Assembly (NCBI GenBank): GCA_030265395.1
Contig: JARFYF010000060.1
Coordinates: forward strand, 16,006,657-16,070,656
Length of the DNA stretch: 64,000 nt
Direction: 5' to 3'
Origin: Rhina ancylostomus
Lineage: Eukaryota
The translations under genes and the position numbers were made by a program. Positions 36,801 through 51,800 of the stretch are shown here, piece by piece. The first letter of the stretch is position 1. Every line of letters starts with the position of its first letter. Under the pieces are notes generated by a model that was given only the letters and a program-made list of their open reading frames with translations, was not told where the DNA came from and did no database searches.

Positions 36801-39800
36801 GTTCCAGGTTCTAATTTGCTTGGATTTTATTTAAAGCATTAAGGGTAAGCAGATGTAAAGTCTAGACGGAGACTTATTTCTCGCACCCCCGGGACCTCTC
36901 CTTTTCTGCAGTAAATGCACACGTGACCTGACCTGCTCTCATGCATCCGCAGACGATCGTGGAGGAGCGCACATCCTCGCTTTACTCGCAATACTCTCTG
37001 CCCTTCCCCCACCGTGTCCTGTCAACAGAGCTCTGGTGCACATCAGTCCCTCCAACGACACTCCCCGCCCTGTAAACTGTTGGGTCACTGTGTAGATTCC
37101 TTGGAGGTGCATTTTTTAAACAGAGAAGCTTTGTGCAAGGAAAAGGCTGGAATCCGGGGGAGTACTGGGGAGGGTTGAGGCTTTTATCCAGAAGGACTAG
37201 GGTAGGGTAATGATCCGACTGCGAGTTGTCAGATGCCATGGGGATAAACGCTGGCCTTTCATTGCAACTCTGGCGAGTGGAGCAACAGGCAACGTTGTTT
37301 GTAAGGTGTCGCTCTTCTCTGCAGTCTATAAATAAGCAGGAGGTCAGGGACAGTCGCTCCATCGGGACCAATGCACCACATTGATCGGAATCAGATCCCA
37401 GTTTGACGCTGGGGTTGTTTGGATTCCATCTGTAATGTGTCTGTCCCCCTCAACAGGTTGTGCGGGAACGTTGCGCCTCCTACCGTCAATACCAACACCA
37501 GCAGGCTCAAAGTTTCTTTCGTGTCGGACTCCAGTGTTGGGGGACGGGGCTTTCTTGCACGATACTGGATGATCGCACCAAGTGATAGTAAGTGGTATAT
37601 ACTGTGGACGGTTCGGGTGGGCCTGAAGATTCTCCGCTAGGGGTTGGGAGTAGTTTTCATCTTCATCGTCCGGCCAGTAATCCTGGGAAGCGGATGAACC
37701 ACCACTTAATTGTGATTCCCACTGTCGAAACCGCGACCCTATGCCCAGAGGGTGAAGCTGAGAATTGCCACTACTCTACCAGATGCTATCTCAAGAATGC
37801 CAAGTCCTCCCGAGTCTCGGCTCCTTTTCAGTCAACCCTATGCGCACCAGAGCTCTTGTCAGTGTGTTCACGCTGACAGCAGAACAGTGGTTGCATTTGC
37901 CAAACGGGAACCTGTGAATTAGGAGCAGGGGAAGACCATTCGGCCTCTCGAGCCGGTTCCACCATTCAGTAAAACAGTGCCTGATCAACTTCACATTCAC
38001 ACCTACCCCATAACCTTTCAACTCCTTCCTATTCAAGAATATATCTACTTCTGCCTTAAATAAAACCTACTCTGCTTCCACTACTCTCTGAGGAAGAGAG
38101 CTCCAAAGATTGCAACGGTTTTACCTCATTTTTGTCTTAACTGGATGATACTTCCTTTCTAAACAGTGACCCCTGTATGTAGATTGTACCAGAAAAGGAA
38201 TTATCCTCTCCACACTCAGCTCGTCGAGATCCTTCAGTATCTTGTGTTTCAATCATGTTGCCTTTCATTCTCCTAAACGCCAGTGGATACAAGACTAGCC
38301 TGACTAAAAAGAAAACCCACCTATTCCAAGTATCAGTCTAGTAAACCTCCTCTAAACTGCTTCCAACATATTTTCATCCTCCCTTAAATGAAGATATAAT
38401 ACAATACATAATTCTCTGCAATCTCACCTTCACTTGATATAACTGAAGCATTAGCTCCTTACTTTTGTATTCAATTACCTGAGCAAAAGACAATAACATT
38501 TCATTAGCGATCCTAATTACTCGCTGTATTTGCATTCTAGCCATTTGCAAATTGTGCATTAGGGCACCCATTACCCTTTACAAACTCTCACCACACACAT
38601 GATGTGCTTTTTTTTGTTGATGACACAAAAAATAGGTGGGAAAGTAGGTTGTGCACAAAGATCTGCCAAAATGGGTAATTTCACATTTTTAAACTTTGTA
38701 CCCCATTTGCCAGATCTTTGTGCACAACCTACTTTCCCACCTATTTTTTGTGTCATCAACAAATTTAACAACATTACCTTTGGATTCTTCATCTTAATTG
38801 TAAAAGGTTGCAGCCTCACCACTGATCCTGTTGGCATACAACGCCTTATATTTTGCCAACCAAAAAAATGCCCATTTCTGCCTTCTGCTTCCTATTCGCC
38901 AGGCAATCTTTCATCCACACTGATGTGTTCCCTCACACCATGAACTTTTATTTTATGCCCAATAACTTTTGATGAGGCACCTTATCAAATGCCTTCTAGA
39001 AATCTCAATATAGTATATTCACCCTGATCCACAACATGTGTTACTTCTTCAAAGAACTCCAGTAAATTGGTCAATATATTTGTTGTTGATGGGTGGATAG
39101 CCTTAGCTTACAGGAAGATATTGATGAGTTATTAAAATGGGAAGAGCAATAGTCGATGGAATTTAATCCTGCTAAGTGTGAGAGGAAGCACTTTGGGAAG
39201 ATTAAGAAGAATAGGATTGGACAAGGAATGGTATGCCCCCCAGGGAATACTGAGGAACAGAAAAACTTTGGCATACAAGTCCCAAGGGTCAAAAAAGTTG
39301 CAGCACATGTGGAGATGATGGTGAGGAAGGGGTAAGGGATACGGCCCTTCATTATTACAGGATCCAAGTGCGGAAAAGATAAAACATTGGTTAGGCCACA
39401 GCTGGAGTACTGTGCTTTTCTGGTCCCCACATGATAGGAAGGTCATGATTCCACTGGATAGAGTGCAGAGGAGATTGACCATGCTCCTAGGGATGGAGCA
39501 TTTCCCTTGTGAAGAGAGATTGGATAGGCTGGGTCCTTCTCCATGAAGTGAAGGAGTCTTAATGAGGATCTGACTGAGGTATACAAAATTATGAGGGGCA
39601 TAGAAGGGATAAATAAGAGGAAATAACTCCCCAAAAACTAGATGTTAGAGCAACAGGAAAGAAATCTAGAGAGGATCTGAGGAAGAATTTTGCACCAAAA
39701 GGGTATTGGAATCTAGTACGGACTGCCTGAGTGGGTGGTGGAAGTAGCAACATTTGAGAAATACCTAGATGAGCTCCTGAGTTGCCAAGGCAGAGAAGGC

Positions 39801-42800
39801 TACAGACTAAATGCTGGAAAATGGGATTAGTGGAGATGGGTAATAGATGGTCAGCACAGGTATGATGGGCTGAAGGGTGTGTTTCTGTGCTGTATGATTC
39901 AAGATAATCAAGTGAAATCTGTGTGGTTTTGTAATATACCTTTCACAAAACCACAATGACTTTGCCTGATTATCTTGGATATTTCTTAAATAATAGCTTC
40001 TGGCAATTTTTCCTATGACAAACTATCTGCCTGTAGAATCCTGTTTTCTGCCTCCCTCCCTTTTTAAATAAGGAGTTACAATTTTCAGTCTAGTGGAATC
40101 TTCCTGAATCCAGGGAATTTTGAAAAATTAAAAACAATGCATCACTAGTTACTTCATTTAAGATTCTAAGAGGAAGTCCATTGGACGTGAAGACTTGTCA
40201 ACTTAAAACTCCAACAATTTGCTCAATACTGCTTTCTTGACAGTAATTTTCCTGAGCTTCACCTTGTCTTCCAGTTCCCAATTTACAGCAATTTCTGGGA
40301 AATTCCTTGATCTATGAATATTTAATATACAAATTTCTGCTGGAAGCCCATTGACTCTAAGGTTTGTGTTCCTGACTTACAAAGCAAGTTTTCGTTAAAC
40401 AAATAGCATGCCACTGTCCATGCATATGAATACATTACATGAAAATGTTCATAACGCATTTCACTTAGTCTTTTTGATTTGTGAAATTTTGATGAACAGA
40501 ACATTATCCAGAATGTGCCCCTTTGGTAAAATGAAGATTGACTATAGTGAAGACTGAATTATCTTCTGTCTTCTTGTTTTCCATTGCTATTTTTCCAGAC
40601 TCACTTTCTATAAGACTCCTGCTCACTTTGTTAATTGTTTTAAAATATATATGTATGATGTCATACTATCTGTTTTTACATTTCTAGCTCAACCTTGTAC
40701 TCTAATATTTTTCCTTCCCTATTAATATTTTAGTCACTTTATTTTCATTTCTGTCCTGCCATTAAATTAATTTAATGGGAACATAAATTAAATGTGGGAA
40801 TGATATAAAAAGGACCGCTGATGCATTATCACTTTCCCACAAAATCATAACCACTCCCATCATATCTAAAGTGCTGTAATACATTGTCAAGTGACTTTGG
40901 TAGAAATTTGTTCATGTTGGAAACCATACACAAAAATGGTGAGGCAAGGGGACCTCTGCTTTGTCCTGAAATCAATTGCAGAAAAAATTCATGTGCACAC
41001 ATGCAATGGTTTGAGTGTTTGAGAAATGCCTTCTATCATCACCCCCAACAGCAGGAGTCATTTCTCTTCTGATGTAAAGTAACCTCTTCTGATGCAAGTC
41101 ATGTTTATGTGGCTGCCCTAAAGGTGAGGGAGTCACCTCCTGATGCCACTGTCCCAACTGACACACACAAATTTACCACTATTCCAAAACTCAGACGTGT
41201 GTAACACCTTAAGCACATTTTGGCCTACAAGTTTTGTTGGCTCAAATGATCAATGGTCAAGAGAGTGTGACACTCTCAGGCCCCCAGAAAGTTGGCGTAG
41301 AGTTTGGGGCCTACATCAGGGATCTGAGGGGATCAGGTTGTAGGGGCTCAGCATCTGAGCCTTGGTGAATTGTGGGAGGAATCATTAGGTGGGCATTGGG
41401 TCTGTCCAGTTTGGAGGGTGACCTAAGGCTGAGATATGATGAAGTTACATCTTGCCTTGTGACATGTGGACCCACCATCCTGAATGCCCCCAACAATGAC
41501 CATCTCCAAGACAACATTGCCTCACACGTTGACCCACAAGGAGAGTTGCACGGGAAGCAGTGTGCTTGATGCGCATTTGGCAGAAACAAGAGCATGACGC
41601 ATTCTGGGAATCCGGCCAGGTACTTCCCATTTGGCCGGATTCCCAGAATGACATAAACAACCTAGAAGTGGTTGTTATCATCTTTCAATCTGTGGTAGGT
41701 CCATTTACAATTACATTACATTAAAATAATTGTGATTTAATTTTGAGGTTTTTTGGTTAAGATATGGGCACGTCATGTTGGCTCATCACAAGGCTTTCAC
41801 CAATAGATCTTTCCTTTATGCAGGATAAGGTGGTGAGCAACTACTGACAACAGCAGCTGGCATGCATGGGTCCTGTTGTCTTCACAACCTAAGTAGGATT
41901 GAGGACTTGGCCCTGGTAATAATCAGGTTGGCCATCACTCTGCATGTGGTCATCAGTGGTTGGGGAACACTGAAGAGAACAACATGTTCATATCTAATCT
42001 GTCTAGCAACACACTTATTGTTCACTTGGTTTATAAGAGGAGGCCCCTGTTCTTGCCATCTCTCCTCAACAAGAACATATACTCGTGTATTTGTCATTTA
42101 AGATCTGCAAGAAATCCCACCTGTGCAGGTCCTGGCTGAGATTTGTATTTCCAAGTAAGGATGGGATGTGACTTCACATTCACCCTGCAGTTATTTGAAA
42201 AGCAAAAAAAATTCAGATGCAGGGAATCTGAAAATGGTGGAAATAGTCAGCAGGTCAGACTGCATCTGTGGTGAGAGAAACAGAGATAATGTTTAGGGTC
42301 AATAACTTTTTTTCAGAAATAGGAAAAGTTATAAGTCGGTCATGGTTTAGCTGCAGCAAAGGAGGAGAGAACAAAAGGAATGCCGGAGGTGGGGGTGGAG
42401 ATCAAAAGAGACTTAATGACACAAGTGGTGCTGGTGGCGGCTGGAAGAGGGTGGTGAAGGCTTGTTATCCACAGCTGATCTGTCTGGCGGAGGTGTAGAT
42501 AGAAGAAGGTGAATGAGAAAGAAAGGGAAGTTAATGTTACAGGTTGACCTTTTTATCAGAACTATCCAATTCTGATACAAACTGGGAAGATTCTTTATCT
42601 GAATTGTTGAAGTCAAAGTTGAGTTCTGAGGGCTCTAATGCGCTGGTTGGAAGATGAAATGCTACTCCTCCAGCTTATGCCAACCTGTAAAGTTATCAGT
42701 ATGTGGCATTAACGCTGTTTTTCTCTTTCCACAGATGTCACCTGATCTGCTGAGTTTTTCTAGCTTTCTCTTTTGTTTCAAATTTCCAACAACTGCCCTG

Positions 42801-45800
42801 TTGTTTATCTCATGGTTCCAGTATTATCATCTTCCACTTTCGGTACTCATCCATCTCCCTCTATTTACGTCCCCTACAGACAGATCAGCTGCAACTAACA
42901 TGTCTTCATCAACCAACACCAGTACTACTTGTGTCGTTCAGTTTCTCTTGACCTCAGTCCTCTTGCAGATATCTCCTTTGATCTCTCTATTCTTTCTCTT
43001 CTCAGCAACTTAAAGCATGCTTGTTTTCTAACTTATAGCTTTGAAAAGTTATCAACCTGGAATGTTTAACTGTGTTTCTCCCTCCACAGATGCTGCATGA
43101 TCTGTTGAGTATTTACTGCATTTTTTGGTTATGGTTACTAGAGTACCTAAGTGAATACTCCCCTGTCCTTCTGGTTGGGAGAGCTTGAATCTTTTCTAGC
43201 AATGAAGCCTTTACATGTTTCTGACATTCATTTACTACATGGTGGCAGCTGCTGTGTTTTCAGTCACGGTAAGTGGCTGGTTCAGGTCAGTTTCTGGTCA
43301 CTAATATTGTCAAAGGGGAACTAGGTCCTGGTTGTCTCATGGAATAACAAGGAAAAGTGGTTAGACCTCCCTTTGTTGCAGGAGGTTATTGCCAAGCACA
43401 TATGTGCTGTATTGGTAACATGCTCCTTGTCCTCTGCTTGTTGGGAAAGTCTCGTATGCAAGCACAGATTGTCACTATTTCTGATTCTTTGATTCAGTAG
43501 ATCTGGGAGGAGGAGGGAGGTCATCATTTGAACCACAGCATGATTAAGTATGCCTTTGTGAAAATCGATCCACGCGGTAATAAAGCAAACAACAGCAGAA
43601 CTAAGGACCAGACAAAAAGTTCTTTATTGTTTAATGCTAGCGGGAGTGGAGGTACATGGAGGAGCAAACAGTCAGTGTTGCTCTTCCCTGCAAATGGCCT
43701 GACTCAAGGAAAACGGTGCTAACAAACTTAAATACATTGTTCTCCAGTGGCTGTTCACCAACTGCACAGGCATACTCATATTTGGGTATGCTTGACCAGC
43801 TCACGCTGCCATTGGTCAAGCCGAGGCTGCTATGTGCAGCCAGATAGATTAACACATCTTTTATAGTCAGTCACAACTCTATTTCCTTATGGCCTTGAAG
43901 TTTCACAGCTCAGTAACTCTTTATCATAAACAAGCAGACTACATGAACAGGTGACTCAAGCTGTAGAGAGAGAGAGTAACCCTTTGTTCACCAGAGCTCC
44001 CTTCCCATTGTCTTCTACACCCTGAAAGGACAACCATGTGGGGCTTAGGTTGTTTCTGCTCCGTCTCTCTCCTTCTGCTCCCACCGCCCCCCCACCCCCC
44101 AACCCCCACTACTGCTGAGCAACAGGCCAAGGCTGTGGTGAGTTANNNNNNNNNNNNNNNNNNNNNNNNNNNNNNNNNNNNNNNNNNNNNNNNNNNNNNN
44201 NNNNNNNNNNNNNNNNNNNNNNNNNNNNNNNNNNNNNNNNNNNNNCAACTCTGGTTGTAAAGTTTCCCTCCAGTACTTCCAGAAGTGAGGAATCATGGGC
44301 ACAAGAAATAACTTGAGTCATCCAAAAATTATCCTTCATTCTGGCACAGCAACTAAAATATGGTGGGCACAGCAGAAGGAAGTCTTGCAAACATCCAGGG
44401 CACAAAATATGAACCATGAGGATCTATTGGCAATAGCGTCACACTATCCATACATCTGGGGAGCAATGGCCTTTTTGTTGTTGAACAGATTGGAGTTTAC
44501 ATGTGGAGTCTGTAATTCTACATACAGGCAGTATATCATTCTGTGAGCCTTTGGGAAGCCCACAATCTGGGCATATCCCCACCCCATTCTACTTAAGGAA
44601 AAGGAGATGCATGTCACTCTCCTTATGCAGAGATTCTCTGCATAATTTTGTGATTGTAGTAGTGTGCTAAAATCTGTCAGATGTGTGTTTCAGCCACTGC
44701 AATCAGAATCAGATTGATTATCACTGCCATATGACATGAAATGTGTTGTTTTTTGGCAGCAGGACAGTGCAAGGGCATAAAATCTATAAATTACAAAAAT
44801 AGAGGGCATGTCCCAGATAGTGAGGGTCCTTAATGATAGATGCCGCTTTCTTGAGACACCACCTCTTGAAGATGTCCTCAATAGTGGGGAGGGTTGTGTC
44901 CGTGATTCAGCTGGCTGAGTCTACAACCCTCTGCTGTCTCTTGCGATCCTGTGCATTGGAGGCTCCATACCAGGTTGTGATGCAACCAGTCAGGATGCTC
45001 TTCTCCATACATCTACAGAATTTTGTAAGAGCCTTTGGTGACATACCAAATCTTCTCAAACTCCTAACGAAGTAAAACCACTGGCATGCCTTCTTCGTGA
45101 TTGCATCATCACTTGAAGCATCATCACTTGCATCACTTGAAGCTGCTCACCTTTTCCACTGCTAATCCTCAATGAGGACTGGTGTGTGTTCTCCTGACTT
45201 CCCCTTCCTGAAGTCCACAGTCATTTCCTTGGTTTTGCTAACATTATGTGCGAGGTGGTTGTTGTTGCAACACCACTCACCCAGCCAATCTATTTCACTC
45301 CTGTAACCCTTCTCATCGCCGTCTTATTCCGAATATTATTGCAGCCTTCACTGTAGTAATTGGAGAAAAAGTCTACCATCCTTGCTGCTCAATAGACAGC
45401 TATACTGAGCCCTCCTGCAACTGAATCTCCAACAAACTACCAAACAATATTTAACACAGTTGCAGAGCTTCCTCCTGCTACTCTGACTCTCAGCTCAATG
45501 TGGCAGAACAGACATTTAATGAAGATTGTTTGAAGATTAATGTTGTTCTTCATACTTTGGGCAATTTCATGATTCACTGTTACAAAATGTAGAAGGCATG
45601 CTGTAATAGACTGGTAGTGGATCCTAACCAAAGTTGCAGATACCTTGAGTAAACAAAAATCCTGGAGTGTGCAATGAAATTTGTACTCTTTAATATAAGA
45701 GTGACTCACACTTGCACCCTGCTGAATCCTTGGCTTCACTACCTGCTCTGCAGATTAGTTTTGTTAATCCCAAGGACTATTAACAATTTCTCCTTTCCCT

Positions 45801-48800
45801 TTCATCCCCAAGGTTTCAAGACCAATTATCTCACCCAAGTGGCAATTCTCCTACCTGAGTGGATGCTCAGTGATTAGGTATATTCAGGGCTGAAACTAAT
45901 ATATTTTTGAATACCCAGGGAGTAGGAGGAAATGGGGACTGAGTGAGAGTGTAGTAAAAGTGTAGAATTAGCTGTAGTCTTACTGAGGAGTGAAGGAGGT
46001 CTGGAGACTAAATGGCTACTCCTGCTTCCATATATAGGCCTAAATTCACTATGAATAGATTTAGCTGGATCTTAAGCCATAGAAGAGAGCATCACACTCC
46101 AGCTGGATCTTGTCTTTGTTGTCTGTACAATTAGTCCACATGAAAAGTCACACTAGTGACAAACCTGCCCAATCTTTAACACCGCTACACTGGAAGTACT
46201 GCAGACGACTTGGCTGGGATCATTCAACAGATCAGATCGAGAATTCATCCTGGGACATTGTGGTCTGGATGATTTAGCCTTTTTCCGGTAAACCACTCAA
46301 GGGAATAGAGAAGCTGTGAATGTTTTTCTTCTGCAGGATAAAATAAGAGGATATTTAATAGAGATGTTAATTATTATTGTTGACGGTATGAGCAAATTCA
46401 GCTACCCAGAGAACACAGGATTAAGATAATTGGAATAAGATAAGTATTCTTTTTATTTAGCATTATTATAACTTGTAATTTGCTGCTTGAAAGTGTGGTG
46501 CAAGAGGAAAGGAAGTTAGTTATATCAAGGGAAAATTTCATAGAGCTTTTGAGGAAAGAGAGGGGATTGGAATTCAATTTGTAGCTCTTTAATAGGCATG
46601 AACAGCGAATTGGTAAATTTGGTTTATTATTGTCACATGTACTGAGGTACAGTGAAAAACTTGTTTTGCATGTCAGTTGTACAGATCATATCATTACAAC
46701 AGTGCATTGAGGTAGTACAAGTGAAAACAAAAGAATGCAGAATGAAGTGTTACAGTTACAGGGAAAGTTGCAGTGCAGGTAGACAGTAAGGTGCTAGGCC
46801 ATAATGAGGGAGATTATGAGGTCAAGAGTCCATTTTATCATACAAGGGGACTGTTCAATAGTCTTATAACAGTGGGATGAAGCTGTCCTTGAGTCTGGTG
46901 GTACGTGCTTTCAGGTTTTTATATTTTCTGCCTGATGGGAGGGGGGAGAAGAGAGAATGTCCAGGGTGGGTGGGATCTTTGATTATGTTGGCTGCTTTAC
47001 AGAGGCAGTGAGAAGTGTAGACAGAGTCCATGGAGGGGAGGCTGGTTTCCATGATGTGCTGAGCTGTGCCCACAGGATGGGCCAAGTGGTCTTTTTATGA
47101 AATGTTCTTCCACATTGACATTCCCACATCAGTAATCTAAACAAACACAAATTGATCGTCTTTAATTCATTCTCTCTGCACAGCCCTACTCCCCTTATAC
47201 TGACCACACCTATCGCAACAAAAGCAGGCACCTCCCTTTCAGAGAGATTGGAGTGACAGTTGCTCATTCCCATGCTTGAGTGTCTGTCTACGGGGATTTC
47301 TTGATGCTCTGCTGCTGCAGTAATGTGTTGGGGTTTGCAGCACTGTTGGGAGCAACAGCTGATTGTGAAGTGTCCCTTTGTAACTGCAGAGAACACATGG
47401 TGCAATCATATTTATTTTCATTCAAGTGTTTTAAAAAGGTTAACAGGGCACTGAAGGGAGGGTTCAGCTCTATAGTTTAACTGGGAATGTTCCCAGTTTT
47501 TCAGGAAGTGCCTCTATTAGTTTTGGTCTAAGCAGCATAGTGATTTTTCTTATGTGGAATGTGCTCTCTGCTGTGCCAGTAAGTCTGTGGTGATGGCTCC
47601 TTGAAAGAGGTATAAACTCATGCAGAGAAATCTAACCTCCGTGAAGCTGAACTCCTAATTTGTGCCTGCCTTGGGAAAGTTTGATGGGAAAGTGTAATGG
47701 GAGCTTAACTCTGTGTCTAATCTGTACAGTACCTTCCCACATATGTTTGTTGGAAGAGCAGTGTGGAACAAGCTCTCTTCATGGGTCCATGATGTAAATT
47801 TAGAATGATAGACAATTATCTAGTTTGTGAAACAAACCACAATTCCAGTGTAGAAATTTTCTGATCTAGTTACTCCCCTGGTGTGACTCACATATTAGTA
47901 AAACCATCAAGGGAGTTAAAGTATTATCAAACCCCATGATCAGCCAATAAAATGATATAAACAGTGAAGCTTAAAAAACAAATAAAGTATTACAGTACCA
48001 AGTGAGGTCACAAAGATGAACCTTAAAAACTTGAAGAGACAAGAGACTGCAGATGCTGGAATCTGGAGCAACAAACAATCTGCNNNNNNNNNNNNNNNNN
48101 NNNNNNNNNNNNNNNNNNNNNNNNNNNNNNNNNNNNNNNNNNNNNNNNNNNNNNNNNNNNNNNNNNNNNNNNNNNNNNNNNNNNNNNNNNNNNNNNNNNN
48201 NNNNNNNNNNNNNNNNNNNNNNNNNNNNNNNNNNNNNNNNNNNNNNNNNNNNNNNNNNNNNNNNNNNNNNNNNNNNNNNNNNNNNNNNNNNNNNNNNNNN
48301 NNNNNNNNNNNNNNNNNNNNNNNNNNNNNNNNNNNNNNNNNNNNNNNNNNNNNNNNNNNNNNNNNNNNAGCAAGGATGCAAAGTGGTAAAAATGTCTAAG
48401 GGCGAATTGTTTGGAAGCTCAGAGGAATTAGAGGAGAGTTCATGAGTTTAAAAAAATCACTCCCACCCCCAAAACCACTGTTCCTCCCGCCACAGCTGCT
48501 GCTTCATCATGACCGAGTTGCCCCTCTCCCCATCATTCCCATTTATCCTCCTTTACCCAATCATTCCCATCTCTCAGTCATTCTCCCTTCCCAGATGACC
48601 TCTACCTTTCCCGTTTTAATAGTAACCCTTCCCTTTCCCAATCATGCCCCTTCAGTATTTGCAACCCAGTTACTTATTTAATGAGACCTGGATAGTTGTC
48701 TCCAGACTGCCGAGCAGACTCTGCCTTGTTGCTCACTGCATCAGTGAAAATCAGGTCTGAGGCCAACATAAAAGAAATTCTGAACAGGGAATGTTACAGA

Positions 48801-51800
48801 AATTGACAGGCCTGAATATTCTGGAAACTGTGTCAGTTGTTATGACACATTCTGGACAATGCAGTTATAGACATGGACAGTTTAACATTTCAAAAGAAAG
48901 GAAAGCTTTCATTTTTATGATGCTTTTTGTGACCCTTGGTTGTACCCAAATATTTTTCATCTATTGAAGCATATTTTTGAAATGTAAATGTTATTGTAAT
49001 CGGAAATGTAGTCAACAAGTAACGATAATTAAGGTGGAGTTTCCTTTATTTTGATTTCAATGAGATTGTGGCAAGCCATTGGGTTAAAATCCTGGTTAAA
49101 GTCTTGGTATTTTTTTGTGTTTCCATGTGGTTTTAATATCCACAGACTTCACATTCCCAGAGTGCCTGAGCTCTACAGTCAGGGATTAGGAGCCAGGCTG
49201 ATCATCAGTTTATCCGCAACCACATATCTCCTTGGTGTACCAGTAAAAACAGGCCCTGGGGTGAGTTATTGAGTTGGAAGGGGAATTTTGGAGGGATAAT
49301 ACCCGCATTTCTGGGTAATTTAGGGGTGAAATATTTAACAGCATGTCAGAAATCAGATTGTTTTGAATTTCACCAATAGAAGTAGATCGATGGAGATTGC
49401 AGGAGGAAGGATAAACAGTCACACTGTCTGAAGGTCCTTAGGAGAAATTATTTTTGTCATGGGCCAGTTGGATTAACTTGTCTCATACTTTTAATTGAAC
49501 TTAAGATGAGAACTTCCCAGTTTTACCCTGGAGCCCCTAGAAATATAGTGGGAAAGTTAGTGGGACGTTGAGGACTTGGTCAGTCCCAAGTCATCGCAAA
49601 TGGAAAAGTTCCTTGTATAAGGTGATATATTACATGCCAGTAGTTCTTAAACTTGCTGTCTGTGGACCTATAGAAATTGGTAGGGGCATCTCAGGCAGTC
49701 TGCACATGAATTGCATGCCACTCATGGTTGGCAACCAGTAGTGAGGAGACAGAGGCAGGTGCTCCCATTTGGGTCAGGGTAATCCCAGATGGGGCTGGTC
49801 TGGTCACAGCACGACGTGTGGAGTAAAAGCAGCAACAGCAGATGCTGAGATGTTGTAACTTTTTGAGAGACACCAATATTGCAGAGGTTTCAATTATTTT
49901 TCTGCACTTTAATTGTTTTTTGCATTTTTCCAAACAAGACTGAGATGGAGTTGCCTTGACTTTATAATTCAATTAAATTGATATCAGTATCTATTGAGTG
50001 GAATCTGAGGCTAGGAATTACTTCTGTGTAAGTTGTGGTGGGGTAGGGAGCAGTTGTGCAGGAGGATGTTGTATGACAATGAAGGTTCTCGACAAGACCC
50101 TGAAAAACATGGACCACTTCCCATATCTCGGGAGTTGCATTTTGCTGAAGGCAGACGTTGATGAAGAAATTCCCCACTGCCTTCAATGTGCTAGCGCAGC
50201 CTTTGGTCAGTTGAGGATAAGGGTCATTGAAGATCGAGACCTCTGACTTGGTGCAGAACTCGTGGTCTACCAGAAGGCTGTGATCCCTGCCCTCCTGTAT
50301 TCTGGGACTTGCATCAGGTACCTTATGGCACTGGAAAGATATTGCTAATGCTGTCTCCATAAAATCCCCCAAATTCACCAGGTAGGATAAATGAGCCAAT
50401 GTCACTGTCCTGTCCCAAAATTGCATCTTTCAGGCCCAAATTACATTCAGTACTCACCTGGCTGCCTTGGGCATGCCATATTGTGTGCATGTCTGACACC
50501 AGATGCCTGAGTCAGATACTTTATGCTGAGCTGTGCCATGGGAAGAGACTTCCTGCTGAACAGCATTAAAGATACAAAGATGTGTTTGAAGGCTCCTTGA
50601 CAGAATGTTTCATCCCCACTGACTTCTGGCATATCTATGTTCTAAATGGAAAAGGAACATTTGGAATGGCATTGAGACCTTTGATTCCATGCATCAAGAG
50701 TGCACAGAAGCCGAGTGTAAGTGGTAAAAGAGCACAACACTTCACAGATATTCACCTGCTTGCTTTGTCAGCCACAACCTGCCCCATCTGTGCAAGGGTC
50801 TGTAGTTCCCATATTGCCCTTATTACCCACCTCAAAACCCACAAAACTGGAATGGTAGTGAGTCATCCTCAATTAGGGCTTCACACCTTCAATCCTCTTC
50901 CTTAATGCTTGGCCATGTGAACAAAACTTGACTTTGGAAAGAAATAGAAAGAAATTCTTGTATGATTTCAGAGGATTTAGATTTAAAGGTTATATTCAAA
51001 TCATCCCATGTAGTATTTTCACATGATGAGTATAATACAATATTATAGTATTGATGTGGATCTGAGACTACATCCCCTTTTGCAATGTGGTCTATCAATC
51101 TAAAGAGCTTGGTATTCACTCTATACATCTGGGGCAGTACATGGAGAAGTCATCATGTCCACAGGCGAGCAATTTTTTGGGGGAGAATCACTGTCATCTT
51201 TGACAGTGGGAAAGATCAACTGGTGAGCTGTTAGTTAGGAGATTGACGTAAAATGTATGCGTCTTTCTCAGTGGATGTATAGTATCAGAAAAGCCCAAAG
51301 ACGGTAATGCTTCCACTGACTGCCCCTCCTGAGAACTCTCCATCTCCCAACGGTGTGATGTGCTGAAGAGTCTTTCAGTCAACTCCTAGCAAAGGTTCTG
51401 GCAGTCCCGATGGATTACTACATATTTTGCACTTTGGCAGATGTGATTCTGTGGGACAGGTCTTGCATCTCTTGAGGAAGAACTAACTAATTACATTGTA
51501 TGTACAGCACAGGCTTAACAGTTTGTGTTCTGAATCTCTTCCTGTCCCTCTTCAGCCAACCGTATCAACATATTCAATTCCTTTTGCATTTGTGTTTATC
51601 TAGCTTTCCCTTGGGTGCTACGGTTTTCGTTCCAACTGTCCCTTGTGGAAGCAAATTTTAACATGTAACCACTCTTCTGGGTAAAGAAGTTGTCATGAGT
51701 TTCATAATGGATTTGTTACTAACAGTCATATCTGGCTCTTTGCAATGAATTTGAATCCCTGCAGTCATTCCTGATAGGTATAACTGTTGGATATCATTCT

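Larger units (their letters stand above)
37905..40750 (-). mobile_element. CR1 LINE remnant (minus) interrupted by a nested plus-strand CR1
   Basis: Minus-strand RT motifs (tttgttgatgacacaaaaaataggtggg, resembling FADDTKIGG; ctagaaggcatttgataaggtgcc); sequence resumes collinearly after about 39937. Confidence 0.75.

Noticed and set aside
38571-38943. ORFs on both strands sharing [17 protein letters not shown]
   Set aside because: Explained by the 53-bp inverted repeat within a LINE remnant
47971-48445. ORFs spanning N runs (also near 4989, 11871, 24180, 44146, 63627)
   Set aside because: Artefacts of assembly gaps
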